Below, piece after piece: positions 55,276 through 64,000 of a DNA stretch of 64,000 nucleotides. How positions within the stretch are numbered: position 1 is the stretch's first letter; each line of letters begins with the position of its first letter. The position numbers and the translations under genes are program-made. The stretch comes from an uncultured Chloroflexia bacterium (GTDB lineage: Bacteria; Chloroflexota; Limnocylindria; Limnocylindrales; CSP1-4), in assembly GCA_963699965.1 (NCBI GenBank), contig CAVOVX010000008.1:202353-266352 (forward strand), in the 5' to 3' direction. The notes beneath the pieces were generated by a model. That model was not told where the DNA came from, ran no database searches, and saw only the letters and a list, made by a program, of their open reading frames with translations.

Positions 55276-58109
55276 CTAGCCGAGCAGCTCGAGGTTGGCC
55301 AGGCTGGCGAGCATCGTCTTGCGTCCCGCGCCGGGGTCGCGGAAGGCGACCGTCACCTCCTCGTCGTCGCGGGTCAGTCGGGCGCTCACCACGATCCCGT
55401 CGCCGAACCGGACGTGGCGGACGCGATCGCCGTCACGGTAGCGGCGCTCCCCCGGCACGATCGGCCGAGGCGGGACGACCGGTCGCGGGGATTCCGCCCG
55501 AGAATCGTCGGGCGCTCCTCGATCCGCCGGACCGGCAGGTCGTCGGGCGGCTCCGAGTCACCGCCGTCCGGCCCATCCCAGGCCGGCACGGCGGCCGCCC
55601 GTCCGAGCGAGCCGGAGCGTGCCCCGCCGGCGTACGCCTCGCGCTTGGCGGCGAGGTCGCGGGTCGGCCGGAACCCGGATCCTCCGCCCTCATCCGGCTG
55701 CGGGGCTCCGGGCCGGCCGCTGCCCTGCCGGTAGGCACCACCACCGGCCCGGATCGGCGTCCCGAACCGGGTCGCGCGGCGTGCTCCGAACACCAGGTCG
55801 AGGTCGAGCGGCCCATCGGCGTGCTCGCCGTCGTCGACGGCGAGCGACGGTCCGACCATCAGCTCGGCCGGGATCTCGAGCAGGAAACGCGACGGGACCG
55901 ACGCCCCGCCCATCCCCCAGGTCGCCCGGCGCCACGCGTGCGACAGGTAGAGCCGGCGCTTGGCGCGGGTGATCCCCACGTAAGCCAGGCGGCGTTCCTC
56001 CTCGAGCTCGCGCTCGTCATCGAGGGCGCGGCTGTGCGGGAAGACTCCCTCCTCGAGCCCGGCGATGAACACGATCGGGAACTCGAGCCCCTTCGCGGCG
56101 TGAAGCGTGATGAGGGTCACCGCGTCGGCCTCGCCCTCGTACGAATCCTGGTCGGCGACGAGGGCCGTCTCCTCGAGCAGCCGGTCGAGGGCGTCCTCCG
56201 GGGCGAGGTCGTCGTAGCGCGTCGTGACCGAGCGCAGCTCGAGCAGGTTGTTCCAGCGATCCTCGCCCTCCTCGGAGCCGTCGGCCAGCATCGCCCGGTA
56301 GCCGGACCGCTCGAGGACCGCGTCGAGCAGCTCGGGCAACCCGAGGACGCCGATCCGCGAACGCATCGCCGAAACGAACGCGACGAACTCGGCGAGCGCG
56401 ACGCGCGTGCGTGGGGCGATCCCGTCGAGCCGGCCGTCCGCGGCCAGCAGCAGCGCACCCCAGAACGTTCCGCGCTCCACGGGCGGCGCCGCATCCGCGG
56501 CCTCGGCCCCGTCGTCAGACGCGCCAGGCTCGACGGCCCCGGCACCGGCCGCGATCGCCGAGCGGAGCACCGCGATCGTCTTCTCGCCGATGCCCCGGGC
56601 CGGGACGTTGATCACCCGCTCGAAGGCGATCGCATCCGTGTCGCTGCGCAGGATGCGCAGGTAGGCCAGCGCGTCCTTGACCTCGCGCCGCTGGTAGAAG
56701 CGCGTCCCGCCGATCAGCTGGTAGCGGATGCCGTAGCGGAGGAACGCCTCCTCGATCGCCCGGCTCTGAGCGTTCGTCCGGTACATCACGGCGATGTCGC
56801 GTGGGTTCAGCCGCTCGGCGTCATCGTCGGCTCGCCGGGTGAGGACCGAGCGCGAGCCACCGGTCAGCTCCTCGACCTGGCGCGCGATCCACTCGGCCTC
56901 CTCCTCCTCGTTGTACGCCTCGAACCGCTGGATCGGCCGCCCGCCGGCGTTCTCCGTCCAGAGCTTCTTGTCCGTGCGGGCCGCGTTCCGGCTGACGACC
57001 GCGTGGGCGGCGTCGAGGATGAGCTGGGTCGACCGGTAGTTCTGCTCGAGCTTGACGATCGTCGCGTTCGGCTCGTCGCGCTCGAAGTCGAGGATGTTCC
57101 GGATGTCGGCGCCGCGCCAGGAGTAGATCGACTGGTCGTCGTCGCCGACCACGGCCAGGTTGTGATGGCGCGCCGCGAGGGCCCGGACCCACAGGTACTG
57201 GGCCCGGTTCGTGTCCTGGTACTCGTCGACATGGAGGTAGCGCCAGCGATCCTGGTAACGGGCGAGGACGGCCGGGGCATCCTGGAACAGGCGCACGGCC
57301 TCGAGCAGGAGATCGTCGAAGTCGAGCGCACCGACCGCGCGGAGGCGCGCCTGGTAGGCCCGAGCGAGACGGGCGACGATCCGCTCGTGATGGTTGAGGG
57401 CGACCTCGTCGAGCGCGTCGGCATCGAGCATCTCGTTCTTCGCCCGGCTGATCGCACCGAGCACGGCCGACGGGCGGAACTCGCCGGTCGTCGGCAGGTC
57501 CTCTTCGCGGAGGAGCTGCTTCATGAGCGTCTGCTGGTCGTCCGTGTCGTAGATGACGAATCGCGGATCGAGCCCGATTGCGCTGCCGTCCCGGCGCAGG
57601 ACCCGGGCGCAGACCGCGTGGAACGTGCCGGTCTGGACGTCGCGGCCAGCCTCCCCGACGAGCGCGACGATCCGCTCGCGCAGCTCGCCGGCGGCGCGGT
57701 TCGTGAACGTGACGGCCAGGATCTGCCACGGCCGAACGCCCTTGACCCCGATCAGGTAGGCGACCCGGTGGGCAAGGACCCGGGTCTTGCCGCTCCCGGC
57801 GCCGGCCAGGATCAGCAGCGGGCCCTCCGTCGTGGTCACCGCCCGGGCCTGCTCGGGGTTGAGCCGGGCAACGATCCGCTCGGCCAGCGCCGCGGTCGCC
57901 GCAGCTGCTGCGGCTCGATCGGCCGGCGGCCTGGTCGGCGCGTCGGGATCGTCGAGCGGCGGTGGCCCGTCAACGAGGAAGTCCGGCTCGACCGGCGGAC
58001 TGGCCGAGGCCCGGGCGGGCTCGATCCGGACGGCCTCGTCGCTCGCCGGGTCCATCGCGAGGTCGTCCGCGGACGGCTCGGGACGACGGGTTCGGCGACT
58101 TGGGCTCAC
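55276..58109 (-). CDS. pcrA: UvrD/PcrA helicase with C-terminal Tudor-like domain (frameshift ~55460)
   Basis: AGAGSGKT, TFTNRAA, VDEYQD, VGDDDQSIY, LEQNYRS, TLHAAKGLEF, YVGITRAK; GDRVRHVRFGDG. Confidence 0.95.
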
Positions 58110-58149
58110 CGCTCCATTCTAGGTCGCCGGCCTCATCGGCCGGTCACGA

Positions 58150-58180
58150 CGAAGCCCGCCCCGGTGCGGGACGGGCTTCG
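58150..58180 (-). terminator. Stem-loop downstream of the lipoprotein gene
   Basis: CGAAGCCCG / CGGGCTTCG. Confidence 0.6.
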
Positions 58181-58201
58181 AGCTTCCGGAGCGAGCCGGA
58201 T

Positions 58202-59020
58202 CTACGGGGTGAGCCCCGGGATCGACAGCGGCTGGTCGCTGATCTGGTCGGCCGGTGGGACCGTGACGGTCACCGGCGCGTCGTAGTTGGTCAGGTCGAC
58301 CGTGATCGACAGGGTCCCGCTGGCGCCGGCGTCGACGGCGATCATCACCCGGGCCGGTCGGTAGTCGGACTTCCGGGTCCAGAGGTCGACCGTCACGGAC
58401 CCTTCGCCGAGCGCGCCGCTCGCCTGGGGCACGTCCGTGCCGTTGACCTTCATCTGGACGTGATAGCAGTCCTGGTCGCCGATCTTCTCGTCGGCGAGCT
58501 TCGTCGGCGGGGTGGTCAGCTTGTCGAGCTGGGCCTTGACCTGGTCGGCCAGCGCGGCCGCGGCACTCGGATCGGGCGACCCGAGGCCGGCCGGAAGGCT
58601 CGGCAGCGGGAGGCCGCTGGTGAGCGCGGCGGTATCGACCTTGTGGTACTTGCCGTCCGGGCTGAGGCTCGTCTTGACGTACGCCTGGCCGCCGGTCGCG
58701 ATCGCCTCGGCGGTGAAGCCGAGCAGGGCCGGTACGGCGACCGACACCTTGGCCTCGCTATCGGCGACGTCGATGTCGCCCTCCAGCGTGGTGCCGGTCA
58801 GGTCGATCGGCAGGCCGGCTGCGCTGCCGCTCATGGCGCCCGAGTCGATCTTGCCGGTGACGCTGGCCTTGACGTGGACGGTCTTGAGGCCATCGAGCGA
58901 GCTCGCGGTCTTGGCGAGGATGTCCTTGGGATCGGTCAGCGCCGGTGCGCTGGCTGTGCCGCCACAGGCGGCGAGGAGCGTCGCCACGAGGGCGACGACG
59001 AACAGGAGGCGACGGGGCAT
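58202..59020 (-). CDS. LppX/LprAFG-like (LolA-fold) lipoprotein
   Basis: Lipobox LAACG; beta-rich; ends NYDAPVTVTVPP. Confidence 0.75.
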   Translation of the reverse strand: MPRRLLFVVALVATLLAACGGTASAPALTDPKDILAKTASSLDGLKTVHVKASVTGKIDSGAMSGSAAGLPIDLTGTTLEGDIDVADSEAKVSVAVPALLGFTAEAIATGGQAYVKTSLSPDGKYHKVDTAALTSGLPLPSLPAGLGSPDPSAAAALADQVKAQLDKLTTPPTKLADEKIGDQDCYHVQMKVNGTDVPQASGALGEGSVTVDLWTRKSDYRPARVMIAVDAGASGTLSITVDLTNYDAPVTVTVPPADQISDQPLSIPGLTP

Positions 59021-59180
59021 CGAAGACTTCTCCGTGATGCGGTCTTTGGGGACCCGGCAGGGGCCGGGTCAGGGCGTGGACGCTGCGCGCGGGGCCAGAT
59101 GACCAGGCCGTGCGGCAGCGTGCGGGGTCGGCCGTCGGGTCGTCCCTGGGCTGATGGTACCGCCCGTCGCGAATCGACGA

Positions 59181-59203
59181 GGCCCGGGCGCTGTGCCCGG
59201 GCC
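59181..59203 (-). terminator. Stem-loop after groEL
   Basis: GGCCCGGGC / GCCCGGGCC. Confidence 0.55.
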
Positions 59204-59229
59204 CCGCTGAACGGTCTGAGGAGCGTGGA

Positions 59230-60913
<1,684 letters not shown>

Positions 60914-61234
60914 TCAGTCCTCGACGACGGCGAGGATGTCCTTCTGGCTGACGATCAGGAGCTCCTCGCCGTCGACCTTGAACTCGGTGCCGGCGTACTT
61001 CGCGTAGAGGACCTTCTGGCCCTCCTTGACGTCGATCGGCTCGCGCTTGCCGTCATCGAGGATGCGGCCCGGGCCGACGGCCAGGACGATGCCCTCCTGG
61101 GGCTTCTCCTTGGCGGTGTCCGGCAGGACGATGCCGCTCTTCGTCATCTCCTCGCGGGCGGTCGGCTGGATGACGACCCGGTCGCCCAGCGGGCGGAGCT
61201 TCTTCGCGGTCTTCCGTGCGGTGGCGGTGGCCAA
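60914..61234 (-). CDS. groS: Co-chaperonin GroES
   Basis: [31 protein letters not shown]; SD GGAGG before TTG. Confidence 0.98.
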   Translation of the reverse strand: MATATARKTAKKLRPLGDRVVIQPTAREEMTKSGIVLPDTAKEKPQEGIVLAVGPGRILDDGKREPIDVKEGQKVLYAKYAGTEFKVDGEELLIVSQKDILAVVED

Positions 61235-61377
61235 GGTGCGATCCCTCCTGTGACGGCGGTGGGCCGTCGACCGATCGGCTGCCGATCCCGGAGCAGGCTC
61301 GTCCGGGACACGGTGCCTATGTACATGAGCGCGTCGCGGGGCCTGCGGACCCGGTCTGGGCCCGGCTGTCACGCCGC

Positions 61378-61404
61378 TTAGCACTCTCGATGTGAGAGTG
61401 CCAG
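61378..61404. promoter_or_regulatory. CIRCE element (HrcA operator)
   Basis: TTAGCACTC-tcgatgtga-GAGTGCCAG versus consensus TTAGCACTC-N9-GAGTGCTAA. Confidence 0.93.
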
Positions 61405-61405
61405 A

Positions 61406-61435
61406 ACTGTAGCCCAAGTCGGGGGCGGGCGTCAA
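61406..61435 (-). promoter_or_regulatory. groESL promoter
   Basis: TTGACG-N18-TACAGT immediately upstream of CIRCE. Confidence 0.75.
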
Positions 61436-61472
61436 GACGGATCGTCGGTCGAGCGGGCCGACCGCTCGGGCG

Positions 61473-62126
61473 TCAGCGATCGAGCGCGATGACCAGCTGT
61501 TCGCCGCCGCTCGTGGTCCGGGTGACGGTCGGGCAGCCGGGACCGTCGAGGCCGACGATCCAACTGACGACTCCCTCGGACTCGTCCACCAGCAGGGCCT
61601 CCGGGATCGTCCCGCCGGCGAGGCGGAGATCGCGCTCGCCCTTGTAGACGGGATCGCCGTTCGGGCGGCCGATGACCATGCCGTTCATCCGGACCATGAG
61701 GAATCGGTCGCCGGTCACGGTCACGGCCTGGCCGCTGCCGGCCATCGAGAACGGCGGCTTGTCGAAGACGACCGTCAGGGTCGGCTGGGCCACGGCCTCA
61801 GGAGGCCGGTTGCCGAACGTGAAGACCAGGCGGGTCCGTTCGAGCGACGCGTCGACAAGCGTGTCGCTTGCCAGCGGGCCGGGCGCCGGGAGCGTACAGG
61901 CCGCCGCCGACGGGCTGGCCAGGCTGGGCGTCGGCGTGGGCCGTGGTGAGGGAGTGAGCGACGGCTGGGCCGTCGCACTGGGGCTGGCCGGCGTCACGGG
62001 GGGCGTCGAGGCCGTCGCCGACGGCTCGGCCGAGCTCGTGCCCGACCCGACACATCCGGCCAGGACGATGACGATGGCGAGCCCGAGCGCGAGCCGTCGG
62101 CGGTTGGAGCGCGGCAGGGCGTTCAT
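61473..62126 (-). CDS. Lipoprotein, AMIN-like domain
   Basis: Lipobox LAGC, Pro/Ser/Thr linker, RLVFTF...SEGVVSWIVG. Confidence 0.7.
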   Translation of the reverse strand: MNALPRSNRRRLALGLAIVIVLAGCVGSGTSSAEPSATASTPPVTPASPSATAQPSLTPSPRPTPTPSLASPSAAACTLPAPGPLASDTLVDASLERTRLVFTFGNRPPEAVAQPTLTVVFDKPPFSMAGSGQAVTVTGDRFLMVRMNGMVIGRPNGDPVYKGERDLRLAGGTIPEALLVDESEGVVSWIVGLDGPGCPTVTRTTSGGEQLVIALDR

Positions 62127-62971
62127 GACCCGAGGACGGTTTCTCGCCGCTCGCGGTTACGGCCAAGGACTCGATCGTAGGCGGCAACCAGGCCATCCCC
62201 GACGGCCGCGGCGTCGTCCGCGCGCTGCTCGACCAGCCAGCGGGCCGTGACCGCCACCCATTCGGGCTCGTTCCGCCTTCGCGGCGCACCCGGCGGCGAC
62301 AGGAACGGCGCGTCGGTCTCGACCAGCAGGCGATCGGCCGGGACGAGCCGGGCGACGTCGGCGCTGGCTGCCTCCCCCTCCCGGAACACGAGCCCGCTGA
62401 ACGAGATCGCGAGGCCGAGATCGAGCACGGTCTCGGCGTAGTCGACCGGGCCCGAGAACGAGTGGACGATGGCCGGCGGTCGGTCGCCGAACGCGCGTCG
62501 GGCCGCCGGGCCGCCGATCCCCGCCGCCTCCAGCTCGCTGACGAGCCGGTCCTGAGCGTCGCGGGCCCCCGGCTTCGAGCGGCAATGCAGGATCGCCGGC
62601 TTGCCGCTGGCCATGGCCAGGGCAAGGTTCCGCCGGAGGTTCGCGAGCTGCGCATCGAGCGGCGAGAACCCACGATCCGTATCGAGCCCGGTCTCGCCGA
62701 TCGCCACGACCCGCGAGTCCGCGGCCAGCGCGACGATCCGGTCCCAGCCAGCCTCGTCGACCTCGGCAGCGGCGTGCGGGTGGACGCCGACTGCTGCATC
62801 GAGCCACGGGAATCGGTCGACGAGCGCCAGCGCATCGACTGACGACCCGACGTCCCAGCCCGGCACGAGGAGACGCTCGACACCGGCCAGCCGCGCACCG
62901 CCGATGACGAGCTCGACATCCGAGTTGAAGCGATCCGCCTGGAGGTGGCCATGGGCGTCGATCAGGCGCAT
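62123..62971 (-). CDS. tatD: TatD family deoxyribonuclease
   Basis: IDAHGH, GVHPH, IGETGLD, ILHCR, HSF, ETDAP. Confidence 0.95.
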   Translation of the reverse strand: MRLIDAHGHLQADRFNSDVELVIGGARLAGVERLLVPGWDVGSSVDALALVDRFPWLDAAVGVHPHAAAEVDEAGWDRIVALAADSRVVAIGETGLDTDRGFSPLDAQLANLRRNLALAMASGKPAILHCRSKPGARDAQDRLVSELEAAGIGGPAARRAFGDRPPAIVHSFSGPVDYAETVLDLGLAISFSGLVFREGEAASADVARLVPADRLLVETDAPFLSPPGAPRRRNEPEWVAVTARWLVEQRADDAAAVGDGLVAAYDRVLGRNRERRETVLGS

Positions 62972-62975
62972 GGGG

Positions 62976-64000
62976 TCAGGCGTCCGCGGGATCGGCCTCG
63001 AGCCTCGGGAAGAGGGGCTCGGGCGCGGCGAGCGTCCCGGCCTCCCCTCCATGGGCCGCCCAGCGCAAGCTCGTCGAGGAGCGCCGGCCCGCCGTTCCCG
63101 TCGTCGCCATACGGATACGAGTAGCCGAGCTGGGCAAGGACTCGCGGCGCCGTCCGGGGCATGAACGGTGCTGCGGCCAGGGCAACCAGCCGGCACGCCT
63201 CGATGAGGTCGCCGAGCACGCGGCCGAGCCGCTCTGCCGCGCCCGCCTCACCGGCCTTGGCCGACCTCGCCAGAACCCACGGCTGCTCGGCATCGACCGT
63301 CTTGTTCGCGCCGCCGACGAAATCCCACAGGGTGGCCAGCGCGTCGTGCAGGAGACAGCCCTCGAACCGCTCGCGGTAGATCGGCAGGAGCTCAGACCAG
63401 GCGTCGCCGAGTGGCAAATCGGCGAGCGGGCGGGGATCCGGCCTGGCGCCTTCGAGATAGCGATTGGCCATCGACACCGTCCGGTTTACGAGGTTGCCGA
63501 AGTCGTTGGCCAGGTCGGCGTTGTAGCGCCGCACGAACGAGTCCCAGCTGACGTCCGCGTCCCGGTCGAACGGGACCTCGCGCAGGACGACGTACCGCGC
63601 CCCGTCCGCACCGAACGCCGCGACGGCGGCGTCCGGGTCGAGGAAGTTGCCCCGGCTCTTGCTCATCCGCTCGCCCTGGACGAGCAGGAACCCGTGGACC
63701 CAGACGCGGCGTGGTGCCTCGAGCCCGGCGCTCCACAGCATCGCCGGCCAGTAGATCGCGTGGAACCGGGCGATGTCCTTGCCGATGACGTGGAGGTCGG
63801 CCGGCCACCATCGGGCGAACGACTCCGGATCGTCCGGGAAGCCGGCCCCGGTGATGTAGTTGATGAGGGCGTCGTACCAGACGTAGATCCGGCCCGCCTC
63901 CGGGTCCCAGCTGCCGTCCTCGCGCTGCGCGGTCTCGCCGTTCTCGGCGATCGGGAACGGGATGCCCCAGCCCTCGCCGGCTCGGCTGATCGAGAAGTCC
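62976..64000 (-). CDS. metG: Methionyl-tRNA synthetase, 3' part (frameshift ~63060)
   Basis: YVWYDALINY, IGKDIARFH, RMSKSRGN, LANDFGNLVNR, PLFPRL. Confidence 0.96.

Overview
High-GC bacterial chromosomal segment. Gene content, GAAC-N4-GTTC LexA boxes and a CIRCE operator suggest Chloroflexota (Limnocylindria-like) or another high-GC monoderm; this is inference, not a database result. It is mostly core genome: uvrA (partial), uvrB, a minor-pilin Tad/Flp cluster (TadE x2, TadG-like, CpaB), a polA-orf-mutM-ABC-F-coaE operon, an ECF sigma/anti-sigma pair, tRNA-Leu(CAA), dnaE, a cyclase-STAND-TPR gene, a GGDEF-EAL sensor, a BMP nucleoside-type ABC transporter, split gatCA/gatB, ligA, pcrA, groES/EL, tatD and metG (partial). 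Many essential genes are broken by 1-nt indels, most likely long-read assembly errors. I saw no CRISPR array, integrase, transposase, reverse transcriptase or recognisable defence system. The most unusual signals are: (1) a ~550-bp integrase-less islet bracketed by tRNA-Leu and a degenerate copy of its 3' half, with two divergent tiny ORFs driven from a palindromic back-to-back promoter; (2) several long intergenic hairpins sharing sequence blocks (candidate ncRNA or REP-like family); (3) pervasive leaderless promoter architecture; (4) orphan proteins with unusual Cys motifs and long extensions on DNA-repair enzymes.
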